Of a stretch of 64,000 bases of DNA, positions 42,192-55,227 are shown piece after piece. The translations under genes and the position numbers were made by a program. The notes under the pieces were generated by a model. That model worked only from the letters and a program-made list of their open reading frames with translations, was not told the DNA's origin and did no database searches. Each line of letters starts with the position of its first letter. Within the stretch, counting starts at the first letter, position 1. The DNA is from Chrysomallon squamiferum (taxonomy: Eukaryota > Animalia > Mollusca): contig CM022670.1 in the NCBI GenBank assembly GCA_012295275.1, positions 38,936,001-39,000,000 on the forward strand. The letters are read 5' to 3'.

Positions 42192-43029
42192 TAATTTAAA
42201 AAATACTGGCTTTAAACATAAACTATTGTTGCAGGATATAATAGAATTAATTTCAAAAAGTTCTACAGTTCTCGTTTCACTTTTTTCAATTTCATCAATA
42301 CTATAATCTTTGTTCCTATATTAAGCACTGTGGAAATCGGCATAGCGAATGTCTTTTCCAACCGTGATCTCTAACTTTTAAATATAAAAAAAGACGATTA
42401 ACCACCAGACAACAAAAACAACAAACTCGTTTACACGTGAATCCACAGGTTAAGTAATATTTACCTATCTAATGAAAAATGAAAAAAAAAAAAAGAAAGA
42501 AAAATTTACAAAAGCGGAAGAATGCTAATTATTATCATCACCATTATTCTTATTCTTATTCTCATTCTTCTTCTTCTTTTTATCATTATTATTTATTTAT
42601 TTATTTCATAATTTTTCATAATTTTTATTTATTTATTTATTTATTTCTTTATTTATTTATTTCATTTCATAATTTTTATTTATTTATTTATTTATTTTAT
42701 TATTATTATTTTTTTGGGAAAAAAAAAAATAATACATTACCTCTCTGTTCTCTGACTCTGAAACTTCTGATGGTCTGCCCGTGATGGTACATCCCTCGCG
42801 TGGCGCCGTACGTCGGATCGAGTCCTTCGTCCTGGTAGCGCATGTCTTCGTACAGGTCGTACAGATAGTTCGGGATCTGCTCTCGCATGCTCGACTGGAT
42901 TTCAGGCGATTGTTCCTCGGGGGGTGCAATATCCGAAAACCACCCGGACTCGAACGAAACCACGCCGACGTTGCAGCACGCGTGCACAACGACTGCCAGC
43001 GTGCTGAAGAAACGCAGCAGCAGGTACAT
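39360..43029 (-). CDS. TGF-beta superfamily ligand A (divergent BMP/GDF-like, six-cysteine), 363 aa, 3 exons
   Basis: Exons 42741-43029, 40369-40521, 39360-40009; both introns phase 1; total 1092 nt. Signal-peptide-like MYLLLRFFSTLAVVVHAC; prodomain motifs IPNYLYDLY, TIRSF, MFNVSGLP..ITSAEL; furin site RTRRRR; cystine knot C-GLRPWYINF..WYWILQPTGYNANICSGEC..PVCTP..LPEMKVLQCDCR*. Confidence 0.95.
40369..40521 (-). CDS. TGF-beta ligand A exon 2 (prodomain)
   Basis: cag|TC CCT AAT..AAC T|GTAAGT; PNGVWHNVRVHMMFNVSGLPEESNITSAELVVPVRNYRLMPQHTRAFHRN; not in the ORF track. Confidence 0.92.
41352..41612 (-). mobile_element. Degenerate SINE-like interspersed repeat in intron 1 of ligand A
   Basis: The reverse complement of 41461-41499 (ccgtgggaccgtgtacatataatgctccttactcctaat) aligns with 9788-9824 (tgtgggaaggtgcacataaagactatttgctgctaac). 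Overall layout resembles a tRNA-derived gastropod SINE as I recall it; not searched. Confidence 0.6.
42741..43029 (-). CDS. TGF-beta ligand A exon 1 (signal peptide and N-prodomain)
   Basis: Part of ORF 42706..43074; ATG at 43027-43029; donor G|GTAATG. Confidence 0.9.
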
Positions 43030-43169
43030 CCTTGATAAACGACTTACCGAACGACGTCGACGAAGTTGAAGCAATAAAAACAGTGCAGATTGTTTGCGTT
43101 GAGCAGACGGGCCACGAATATCATGGCATTGACGGAAAGAGGTTCAGAATTAACATTAGCAGAAGCGCT

Positions 43170-43206
43170 AATTGATGACGTCCATCATCAAGGGTTGGTT
43201 TATATA
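43170..43206 (-). promoter_or_regulatory. Candidate TATA/Initiator core promoter of ligand A
   Basis: TATATAAA at 43206-43199 on the minus strand, 30-33 nt upstream of Inr-like TCATCAATT (A at 43176 or 43173), about 150 nt before the ATG. Confidence 0.55.
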
Positions 43207-43527
43207 CTGAATCTTCCGTATAAAAAAAAAAATTTTAAAAAAATAAATATTTAAAAAAAAAAAAAAGCACACCCAAATAATGATAATAATAAATAAATAC
43301 GATTGTGGAACGAGTCTTGCGTATGTGTGTACTGTGATCTGACCATCTAAAACAGAGCCAATTAGAAGCTTCCTTTGTCCACTTCGCCTTCTGGTGATAA
43401 TGACCATAATTACTGTCCAATGAGAAGGATCGACAGAAAGAGGTGCTTCAAGCAGGAGTGCCAATAGTGTTGTAGATAGTGGGGAAAAAAAAAAAAGTGT
43501 GTGATGCTGTTCTAAAAGAATAAGCAG

Positions 43528-43565
<38 letters not shown>

Positions 43566-43939
43566 ATACAAACAAAAAATTGTCGACATTTTTTAAATAT
43601 TTGTTAACAGAATTTATCATTAATTCATGTTTCAATCGTCATGTGATTCTAAATAAGTTTTCCAAATATATATTTATGCAAATGCAAACCTATTTATATG
43701 TCTGTTACTGTTATTTACATCCTAACTCCTTTGATCTAGCGATAAAATAGAATTTTGTGAATGCAGATCTTAGAACACATCATACAAGGCATTATAGCAG
43801 TGATGGATGGTAACAATCTAATTAAAGTCTTATTTACATTTAATCATCTTGTATAATTATTTAATATGTTATACCAATAAGGGAAGAAAACATTTATTGA
43901 TCTGAGTCGTGATTTGAGTTCAAAAGTGAAGAAAGAAAT

Positions 43940-43990
<51 letters not shown>

Positions 43991-45804
43991 AATAAATTCA
44001 TTAAAATAAATTCATTTATTTGCTTAACGAATATATACAATTTTTAGTTGCGACGTATGAATTGTTTTAAAATACATGAATACAAAAAAGTTAGAATCAA
44101 CTGCTTTCGTTAATATTGCAAATTCGTTTTGAAAATGAAAAATTACACAAACTTACGTATAATAGAATTTTTTATTGTAATACTGAGATATGTAAAAAAC
44201 GATTTCATCCTTGCATTCACAATTTAATACTTTTTATTATTATTATTATTATCATCATTTTCTATCTATCTATCTATCTATCTCTATCTTCATCTCTCTA
44301 TTTCATACAGTCAACATTATTACCTCTACGTTTTGCTGTTTTTCTTTCAACTATCAAAGAAAAAGATAATCTGGAATTACCACACGAAATGGCCATTGTG
44401 CAGCATCAAGGGTTACATTTTGGCGAAAAGAAACGTGTTTTAAGATAACGTTTTGTGATTTTTATTACTAAGGTCTTTGGTTACAAACGCTATTCTCCAA
44501 GTTCACGAACTTTGCTGGTGTTTGTAATCACGTTCTTGAAAGATCTTTGAATCACCTTTTAGCTTCTAGACCAGCCTTAGAAGGTCAAATGGGCTTAGCG
44601 TTTTATTTTATTACAAAAATTATATGACTTGAACGAAGACGTTTAGAACAGAAATTCCAGCAATTCAAGGAGATCTCAAAAAAAAAAAAAAAAAAAAAAA
44701 AAAAAGAAGAAGATGAAAAAAAAACAGATGATGAAGAAAGCTTTTGACACCGTCGGTTCTTATGCACTTAACTTTTTTCTTTTAATGTTTATTTTTTATT
44801 ATTATTTTTTTATTTTTTTATCGCGTAAAAGTTTTTTTCTCTCTCTCTCTGTTTTTCTGTACCTTTGATAACGCTGTAATTAGAACAGGAACGAATGACA
44901 CTAAAAAAAAAAAAAAAAAATTGTTCTGAAGTGTCTACCGATTTTGTTTTTGACAGAAACTGAAAAACAAAATATGACAAGCGCTGGAGTGAGTGACGTA
45001 ATTAGGCCGCGTACTTTAAAAAACACGTGACAACGACACTGACATGTTGACTACTTCGTGTCCAGCTGAAATGTGACAATGTCAACACTAATTAACAGTT
45101 AGCTTGGACGTTCAGTATTTGTTGTTGTCATTTTTATTGTTATTATTATTATTATTGTTGTTACTATTGTTGTTGTTGTTGTTATTGTTCTTATTGTCGT
45201 TATTATTATCATTATCATAAATTATTATTATTATTGTAATCATCATCATCATCATTATTATTATTATTAAACTATTATTATTATTACTGTTGTTGTTGTT
45301 GCTGTTGTTGTTGATGTCGTCGTTGTTGTTGCTGTTGTTTAATTATGTTTATTTGTCAGCTATGTTCCAAATAATGTCTGCAGCGGTCAATAATATTGAT
45401 AATTTTTAATTATTTTTCATTTTAATATACATCTACTTTAATAAATCCCATTTAAAAAGAAATAAAAAATATTTAAATATATATATATATATATTACAAA
45501 TAATAAACGTGAAAGGGTAAGATACGATCAGAAACACAAAAACGCGTAACAGACTGAAGAAATTTAAATGTTGACTTTATTTGCTCAGCCTTTTAGGACT
45601 TATTCCCTAGCTCGTTATTTTGTAGTCATTCTTTACTACGTAGGATACTGACCCAAAGAAATGAATACGTTCATTCAAAAAATTAATTTACGTGCGCGTG
45701 CTGACCTTAGCATCTAAAACTTGCTGTGTGGAAACGGAAAAAAAAGGTCGCCAGTTGTTGTTCTTTTTTAAATATTGTAATTAAATATGCTGTCAACTAA
45801 AGAC

Positions 45805-45915
<111 letters not shown>

Positions 45916-45929
45916 AACATTTATTACTT

Positions 45930-45997
45930 GTGCGGCCCGACTGAAGATGAACAATGTCTCAAGCGGCCCACTTCTCGAAAAAGGTTGCCCATGTCTG
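45930..45997 (-). mobile_element. hAT-like transposon terminus fragment
   Basis: Minus strand starts CAGACATGGGCAACC with two subterminal GGGCCGC motifs, typical of hAT/Charlie ends; partner end not found. Confidence 0.4.
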
Positions 45998-47185
45998 TCC
46001 CACATAATTAAAAACTGTTTTGACTTCCATGTAATAATAAAATACGTTTCGGTAAATAAGGTTTTCAACACAATGGCTGTTATTTGTGACACTCACATTT
46101 TCCTTCACAGAATACAGCAGTAACTTTGGACTGTTCAAATAAATGTTCGTTCATCCGAAAAGTAAAATGCATTAAAATTACAAACAACCAGTTTGAAAAG
46201 GAAACAAAAAAAAAAAAAACCACATCATTATATAATGAATATTTATTTTTTCAGTCAATAACTTGTAGCTGTTAATTACACACATGTACAGATCCAACTG
46301 CGTATAATAATAAATAATAAATAATAATAATATAACCAAATCCCTGATGATATTGAGCCACGAGTTTATTAATTATAGGAACAGTTTATCATTTATCGAT
46401 CAGTGACATCTGCATGAAAAAAACACCATCGAGATGACAGTAATTTTGTACTCGACTGCGAAATCGTGATTAAAATCTTCTGTTTATTTATTGTTCAGTT
46501 AACTGTTTGGTTATTTGCTTACACTAGAAAATATTCAGATATGAAAACAAATTCTGTCGTTGAAATAAATGAAGTTTCCTACTTTACACAGTGAGTAGCA
46601 GAGCATTATAAATAATTCTGACATTAAAGAAATTCTATGCGGCAAAAACAGTAATAATAGTAGTAGTAGTAGTTGTTGTAGTTGTAGTATTAGTGGTTCC
46701 AGCAGTAGTAGTAATAATAAAGATAATGATGATGATAATAACAGTAAAAATTATAATGACACTACTACTTCAACAGCTTCCACTCCTCCTACTACTACTA
46801 ATACTGTTACTATTACAACTGCTACTACTGATAATACTGCTACTACGTCTAGTGAACTACTACTACTAATAATAATACTGCTACTACTACTCCTACTACC
46901 ACTACTACTACTACTAGAAAGACTAGTTCTGCTGCTACCACTACTACTACTACTACTGCTACCATTATATTTACTACTACAACTACTACTACTACTAAAC
47001 AGAATTCTTACTGACGATGAACACTGTAATTAGATTTCAAATTTATAATTGAAGGTTAATGTTTTATTTGTTTTTTTTTACACGTATTTATCATGTCAGA
47101 TTAACACACGAAACTTAAATAAATAAATAAAATTTTGTAAATAAATAAAAAAATAACTGAATATCAGTCATATTAAAAAAAAAGG

Positions 47186-47224
<39 letters not shown>

Positions 47225-47243
47225 CCTTATTAGGTAACAAGAC

Positions 47244-47860
47244 TCATCGACAACCACATTGTGTAGCAGACATCTCTGGCAGTCGCTTGCTGATCAGGTT
47301 TCTGTTGCGTCCCATGTACAAAACGCTCACAGGAGCCAACAGAACAGCCGTGCACGACGTTTTCGGAAGCCTGGACACGTCCCGCAGATGCGACTGCTTC
47401 TGAAGCCACATCATCAGAGCGCCGTAGTTGTTGACGTTCTCCCACGATACGCCGTACGTGCACTCTCCGACGCAGCTGTTGGCGTTGTACCCGCTGGGGC
47501 TGATGATCCAGTTCAGGCCGAGCGAGGAGAAGTCGACGTACCACGGTCGGATCTTGCAGTCCAGTCCTCTCTCGTCGTCTCCGCTGCGTGAGATGTTGAA
47601 TCGCCCGACGAAGCTGAGAGAGGCTTTCCTCTTCTGGCGTCTGCGGGTTCGACGCAGGGCGGAGGCGTCGATGTTTTCGTAGACGACGACGAGCGCTTGG
47701 TTGAGGTGCAAGCTGTGCTCGAAGCGCGCCAGTCTGTGTCTGAAAGAACTGGAGATTTCTATCCACGGGCTAGTGGGGTTCCGTGCATTGCTGAGCAAAG
47801 CCTCGGTGGCGTCGTAGATGAGGTAGTCGACGGACGGTTGTGGAATTAGCTCTAAGAGAT
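47244..47860 (-). CDS. TGF-beta ligand B exon 3 (cleavage site and mature domain)
   Basis: 3' part of ORF 47244..47885, after ttattttcag; ends CGCR*. Confidence 0.96.
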
Positions 47861-47982
47861 CTGAAAATAAAAACCAAAAAGACAAAAAACTAAGTAATGT
47901 TACGAGATATGAAAAAAAAAATGTTTTGTTATTTTTACGTAGCCACTGATTGTTTGTTTGTTTCTGTGTTATACATATACAT

Positions 47983-48017
<35 letters not shown>

Positions 48018-48466
48018 TTATTAACTGTATACTGTTACTAAGCGATATTTTAAATTTTCCAGTGATATTTTAAATACTTGACAAATTGTCTCTGAATAAT
48101 CTATCTAAAATTAAAATATGGAAACTAGCGTTTTGAAACCAAGCAATAATTCAGTATAATAAGCAACATTTGTAATGCAGAATTCAATATTTAAAAAAAA
48201 AAAAAAAAAAAAAAAAAATACTAAGTGTTTTTCAGCATTTGCGAATAGTTTGATAGAAGAATAAACACTGAGAAATCACTCACATCCCTCAAATGTTACT
48301 TGAGTTTTGGCTACGAGAGATCGTTTTAAAATCTTCTTCACGGGAAAAACCAAATCAACGGAAAAAATGTTGAACTTATTTGGTAAATAAGTCAAATTGA
48401 AATTCAAACCTCTCTTGATAGCTTTCTTCGATCCAAAAATAACTGAAAATAAAGTTTCAGATGAAA

Positions 48467-48528
<62 letters not shown>

Positions 48529-51048
48529 CGACGCAGGAATTATAGTAGTGATGTTAGCAATACAAATAACCTACGGTGGAAGTATTAAGAAAACAGATAA
48601 CAGAGGAACTACGTGTACGTTAAAAACAGAATACTAGTAAACAGATAACAGAGAAACAACGTGTAATTTAAAAACAGAATTCTAGTAAACAGATAACAGA
48701 AGAACTATGTGTAAGTTAAAAACAGAATACTAGTAAACAGATATCAGAGGAACTACGTATAAGTTAAACACAGAATTCTAGTAAACACATAACAGAGGAA
48801 CTACGTGTAAGTTAAAAACAGAATTCTAGTAAACAGATAACCGAGAAACTACGTGTAAGTTAAACACAGAATTCTAGTAAACAGATAACCGAGAAATTAC
48901 GTGTAAGTTAAACACAGAATTTTAGTAAACAGATAACCGAGAAACTACGTGTAAGTTAAACACAGAATTCTAGTAAACAGATAACCGAGAAATTACGTGT
49001 AAGTTAAACATAGAATTTTAGTAAACAGATAACCGAGAAACTACGTGTAAGTTAAACACAGAATTCTAGTAAACACATAACCGAGAAATTACGTGTAAGT
49101 TAAACATAGAATTTTAGTAAACAGATAACCGAGAAACTACGTGTAAGTTAAACACAGAATTCTAGTAAACAGATATCAAAGGAACTTAGTGTAAGTTAAA
49201 AACAGAATTCTAGTAAAGAGATAACCGAGAAACTACGTTTACGTTAAAGACAGAATTGTAGTAAACACATAACAGAGGAACAAAGTGTTAGTTAAAAACG
49301 GGTTTCTAGTAAACAGATAACCGAGAAACTACGTTTACGTTAAAGACAGAATACTGGTAAACAGATAACCGAGAAACTACGTTTACGTTAAAGACAGAAT
49401 ACTGGTAAACAGATAACCGAGAAACTACGTTTACGTTAAAGACAGAATACTGGTAAACAGATAACCGAGAAACTACGTTTAAGTTAAAGACAGAATTCTT
49501 GTAAACAGATATCAGAGGAACTAAGTATAAGTTAAAAACAGAATTCTAGTAAAGAGATAACCGAGAAACTACGTGTAAGTTAAAAACAGAATACTCGTAA
49601 ACAGATATCTTAGGAACTACGTGTAAGTTAAAAACAGAATTCTTGTAAACAGATAACAGAGAAACTACGTTTAAGTCAAAGACAGAATTCTAGTAAACAG
49701 ATAACAAAGGAACTACGTGTAAGTTAAAAACGGAATTCCAGCAAACAGATAACCGAGAAACTACGTTTACGTTAAAGACACAATCCTGGTAAACAGCTAC
49801 GTGCAAGTTAAAAACGGGTTTCTAGTAAAGAGACAAATGCGGGGACGGTGCAAGGTTTAAAGGTGGCGGTCGGTGTGAGTGTGACAGGTGTGGTGTGAGT
49901 GGTGAACCCAGTTTAAAACGAGCGCATAGTGACAGGTGCCTCAGGACGAACTTGTAACCTCTGCCGCGTTTTACGTGACACGTGCTCAGTCTGCACTGGA
50001 TGTTTTAGTATTGAACTTGACTTATTTCTCTCTCCGCAGCGACAGCTTAGTAAACATGATAAGTGTGGGATTTTTAAAATACACACAAGTACATATCACA
50101 GATGTACGTATACAGCACAGATCTGTGTATCTGTCTATTGACTCTTTGTCTCTCTATCTGTCAATGTGTGTGTGTGTGTGTACGTGTGTGTGCGTGTGTG
50201 TGTGTGAGAATTCATGTCACAGAAAACTAATAATATAACTATTAATGTAAAATACGTTCTAGTGGGTTTTATTTTTTGGGTTTTTTTTAATCCATAAGCA
50301 AACATTAATTTAAAATATTTTAGTTTTAACTGTAACTAAATTATTAAACTGTAGAGAAAACATTTATCCACTGTAGTAAATTTTAAGTCACAAAAGGTAC
50401 ATTATTCAATACTGTAGATGCATGTTTTAAGCTATAAAGCTTACGTATTAAGCATGATGTTTTGGTTTTTTGGCACTTCGGATAAAACGGACTTTAAAAA
50501 ACAAAAAGTTAAGAGATTCAGACAGGGCATCTTCTAAACAGGCCATGAACGTCTGCATTCGCTCTGCTATTTATTGATTGTGTAATTACCACCGTTTTCT
50601 GACATTAATTAAGTAAACATTGAAGAACCGTAAAAATATGATAAAGTCATTTGCTTTGATTACACTTTTATTTTGTACTTTTAAAATATTTGTATTCCGT
50701 GCATAAGCTGTCTGGCAAGGTTAAAAAACAAGTAAACATCAACACAAAGGACGCGGTCTGATGATACTTCTCAACTTCCGATTTGTCAAATAACAGAAGC
50801 AAGGTGAAAACGTGCCAGCAAAGGTTTATCGTGGAATACAAAACATGTGACTATCAACCAACATTTTTTCTTTTTTTTCTCATAAACTGGGCTTCTCGGT
50901 CACAAAGCAGAAACAATACAAATGTTTTTCCAAGTTCTACTTTAATTTAAACTTTATAGGAACAATGTCCCCACGGTTGTAAATTTATCAATCAAATGAA
51001 ACCTACTGACCCTTAACCTAGTTGCATTTTTAATAATAATAATAATAA

Positions 51049-51079
<31 letters not shown>

Positions 51080-51952
51080 AAGAAGAAGAAGATGAAGAAG
51101 AAGAAGAAGAAGAAGAAGATGAAGAAGAAGAAGAAGAAGAAAATGATGATGAGTTTCATGATTATGAAAAGAACAATAACATCAGCAACAATAACAGTAC
51201 TATTACTACTACTACTACTACTACTACTACTAATAATAATAATAACAATAATAATCATATTAAGAAGAAGAAGAATTAGTAACAAGACCAACGCACACTT
51301 AAAGATAAGACTTGTGCTTTCTATTTTTACGTTTTTATGAACTCTTCATACTTCATCTGTATAATTTCTTTAGATCCTTAAATCTACTTCTTAAAGATTA
51401 TTTTGGCTACAAATGTTTTAATAATATTTTACAAATATATATCTATATACTCTATAAAAATAAAAATAATAATAACTTCAACACACACAGAATTACTGCT
51501 ACAACTGCTACTTCTACTACTGTTACTACTAATCAGTTTGTACAAATCATAAAACTGATTTATGTATTTTATTTATTAATACTTATTTAACCTTATTGAT
51601 CGAATTTTAAACAAAATTAAGCAAAAGCTAACATCTAAAATCTCAAACCTTTTTGGCGCTGCACTTTGAAACTCCAGATTGCCTGATTTTTGTAGAACGT
51701 TTTCCCCGAATCGTCGAGTTCTTCGTCTTCTAGTTTCATTTTGTTGTGAAGTTCAAGGACGTATCTAGGAACCTCTTCTCTCATCTCCCCAGCGGAAAGG
51801 AGAGTCTGCGAAATGTTTATGGAGGGCAGAAAATACGACAGCCATTTTGAATCGAAGCCGGCGTGCCCTGCACGTCTGCAACCAACAGACTGCAGAAATA
51901 AAAACACACAGGACATTTTTTTGAAAATGTTTCCAAAGAAGCTGATCTTCAT
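47244..51952 (-). CDS. TGF-beta superfamily ligand B (paralog of A, six-cysteine), ~359 aa, 3 exons
   Basis: Exons 51649-51952, 48284-48442, 47244-47860; both introns phase 1; total 1080 nt. Prodomain MREEVPRYVLELH..QAIWSFKV aligns to A (MREQIPNYLYDLY..QTIRSFRV); basic cleavage cluster RRTRRRQKR; knot CKIRPWYVDF..WIISPSGYNANSCVGEC..TSCTA..LPEMSATQCGCR*. The start codon is less certain. Confidence 0.93.
48284..48442 (-). CDS. TGF-beta ligand B exon 2 (prodomain)
   Basis: ttttcag|TT ATT..GGA T|GTGAGT; IFGSKKAIKRGLNFNLTYLPNKFNIFSVDLVFPVKK, aligning to A FNVSGLPEESNITSAELVVPV. Confidence 0.9.
48590..49830. repeat. 48-bp minisatellite (AAACAGATAACCGAGAAACTACGTGTAAGTTAAACACAGAATTCTAGT), ~25 copies, in intron 1 of ligand B
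   Basis: Direct tandem array with no unique spacers. Confidence 0.96.
51032..51256. repeat. (AAT)n(AAG)n(ACT)n trinucleotide repeat tract
   Basis: Seen directly. Confidence 0.9.
51649..51952 (-). CDS. TGF-beta ligand B exon 1
   Basis: ORF 51635..51952 up to donor G|GTTTGA; homologous to exon 1 of A. Confidence 0.85.
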
Positions 51953-52828
51953 CTTGGTTTAAGTTTTACGTTAGTCGTTACAGTTCACAAGGAATTACGT
52001 TCAAACACGATTTGTAGCTGAATAGAAAACCACGTGTAGATGCAAATGTGAAAATAAGTGAACTGTCAGCTATAAAAAAATTTAAAAAAAAATAAACTGC
52101 CACAACGTACTGGTCACCGTATTTGATTCGCGTGTTTGTGTAACGATGTTTAGCACAGTGAAATAAATCCGAATAGGTCACTTTTTACATGTAAATAAAC
52201 AACACTGATTTCAGTGTGTCGTCAAATATGTCTTCTTTTTCTTCTTTTTTTGAATTCCAGTTATAAATAAATGAAAATATATATAAATATGTTGAGCAAA
52301 GTAACTACCATTAATTTTATAAATGGTGAACTAAATGATGACTAAGTTATATTTTTGTGTAATTATTTTAAATGCAGTTATTACGGTTTTCATACAAAGT
52401 GGGTAACTGATGGTTTGGTTGCAATGATCAGTAACTCGAAACAGGTTAACAAACAAAATAGTATTCATTAAATAGAACAGAGAGAGAGAAATTAGAACAA
52501 TTAGAAAATAATTAAGAAGACAAATCTGGATGACTATAGGCTTACATGTAATATGTTCACACTGGTCTTCATTTCTCAGTAAGCTGACGAACAAGACAAA
52601 TGCTGATGACGATAATCCTAATCTTTATACTGGAAAATCTTTGATAATGTTTACTAATACTGTAAAGTTTTGACGATTGTGTAATTGATTCTTTTCAACG
52701 GTTTGTTACACTCAAATTTATTTATATATTTATTTATTTTTATACTAGATCCTCAGTAAAAAGAAGTAACAATTTCATGGATGAAAAAAAAAAAAAAAAA
52801 AACCGCTGCATTTCTTTTGGTTACTATT

Positions 52829-52866
<38 letters not shown>

Positions 52867-52890
52867 TTTTATTTTATTTATTTATTTATT

Positions 52891-52956
<66 letters not shown>

Positions 52957-54640
52957 TTTTTTTTTCAGAATGAGGTATTTCATCTTAATGTAAAAAATTC
53001 CAAAATTAAAAACACTTCAGACATTTATATCCAAAATCCCATGTAAAGGAAAGTGATTCCACCGCCATTAAATACAAATACATTTTAAAGATGTTGTTTT
53101 TCTATTTTTGCATCAAGTCTAAGACAGTTACAGAGAAAGAAAGAAGGGTTAGGATGAGGAGATTATTACGAACGAATAACGTTATACAATAACAGTATAT
53201 AAATATTTAGATTAGAATAATTTACTCTCTATGCTATTTTGCTGGTTCTCTCTTTGGCAAGGTGGCCATTAACGAACTGTGCACGTCTGCTCATAGATGG
53301 AGTCAGTTAATATCAAACGTAAATTATTTTTTGATACTGAAAACTCCTCGGATCATGAATTAAGTTTATCAAAAATGTCGTGACTATCTTATTATTTTTA
53401 AAATAACAAATACAATGAATTTTTTCGATTTCGTTATCGTTTCTTTAACAATACTAATTAGTTATCGAAAACGGGTAAGGTAATAATTGTCCAAATTTCT
53501 CTTCTTTGTCGTGTAAATGTAGGCTTTATAATAACAAATAATGAACGTCAGTAGAGTCATGCAACTAATTTTAATATTAATTTAATGTCTGTTTATTTAT
53601 TTATTTATTTATTTTTATCTATCTGTTTTTTTTTATTTTTGGTTTGACTTCTTTCAAATCTAGAAATAAGGTTACAGTATTAATATAAAATCATCAGCGT
53701 GTAAAGATTTCATTTCGCAAATCTACGTTATAAGACTTCACATGACAACATTTATAATTCCGATTTTGTGCATCAAGAGCATTTTACCTTTATCTATTTT
53801 TATATCATTAAATCAATCGTTATCGTTTTAATTTGCAATTTATTATTAACTGTATTTGTAGTTAAAGATTTATTTATTTAATGTTTTTTTTTGTGTGTTT
53901 GTTGTTTTTTCTTCTGTTTTTTTTTTTTTTTATATTTATATATATACTCTTAAAACATCTTAATCGTTTTGAATTTGCTATTTAATTATTATATTTATTT
54001 CTATTTATTTATTTATTGTTGGTTGTTTGGGGTTTTTTTTTTTTTTTTTTTTGGTTTGTTTTTGTGACGGGGTTTGGGGGTGTTGTAGGTTTTTTTTGAT
54101 GGGTGTTTTTGCTGCAAGGGTGGAAACCATTTTTCTAATTTTATTTTTGTGACGAAAAAGTTAAATCAAACACGTATTATAGATTTATCAATTTAATCAA
54201 CTGAATAAATGAACATACACATTTAAAAAAAAAATTATTGCTAAATAAATAAAGCAAAAAATTACTTTTTTGTTTGTTTGTTTGTTTGGTTTTGGAGGGT
54301 TTTTTTAAATGGTTTTTTGGCTTCATTTTGGGAAATGATTAATCTTCCATTTTATATCATTTCATTGATACAAATGATTTTATTAGAAAAAAAAAATCAA
54401 AATACTGAATGACATGCATAGATGTTATCTTAACAACTGGAAGATAGTTTAAAATTATTCAACCACAATATTTTAAAATCTTTTTACATTTTTTTAAAGC
54501 TATATGTAACATACCCGTCTATACTAAAATAATGGGATCAAGATATTAAAAATAATAATATATATATAAAATATTTGATATAAAATTATTAAAACAAGTT
54601 ATTTGATATAACGTTTTGAAAATCAACAACAACCAGAAAT

Positions 54641-54673
54641 AGTAAATAAAATAAATAAAATGAATAAATAAAA

Positions 54674-54744
<71 letters not shown>

Positions 54745-54762
54745 ATGAATAAAATAAATACA

Positions 54763-54801
<39 letters not shown>

Positions 54802-54840
54802 AATAAATAAAATAAATAAATAAAAATAATAAATACATAA
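54641..54840. repeat. (AAAT)n microsatellite
   Basis: Seen directly. Confidence 0.92.
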
Positions 54841-54867
54841 ATGAAGATAAATAATAATAAAAAAATA

Positions 54868-54900
<33 letters not shown>

Positions 54901-54929
54901 AAAGGACAAAAAAGATAAAGAAGAAATAC

Positions 54930-55172
54930 GTTTTATAGCCATTTCTTTATTTCAACAATGAATACGCAAAATCAGTGTTGGTTAGAATACTTGCTATATG
55001 AAAACAGGTCTACTACATATCACAGATGCTTGGTAAAATTGAATTTCTGTCCACACATTAACGTACGTTTGTATGAACAGACTGACTATCAGCAATGCAG
55101 TCATAATCAAGAGTACATAATTAACTCCAATTAGGATTAGTATTTGATCATTAGTCTGTTTTTAACAATTTC

Positions 55173-55227
<55 letters not shown>

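Noticed and set aside
48590-49830. CRISPR-like array
   Set aside because: Head-to-tail 48-bp units with no unique spacers, no cas genes, in a eukaryotic intron.
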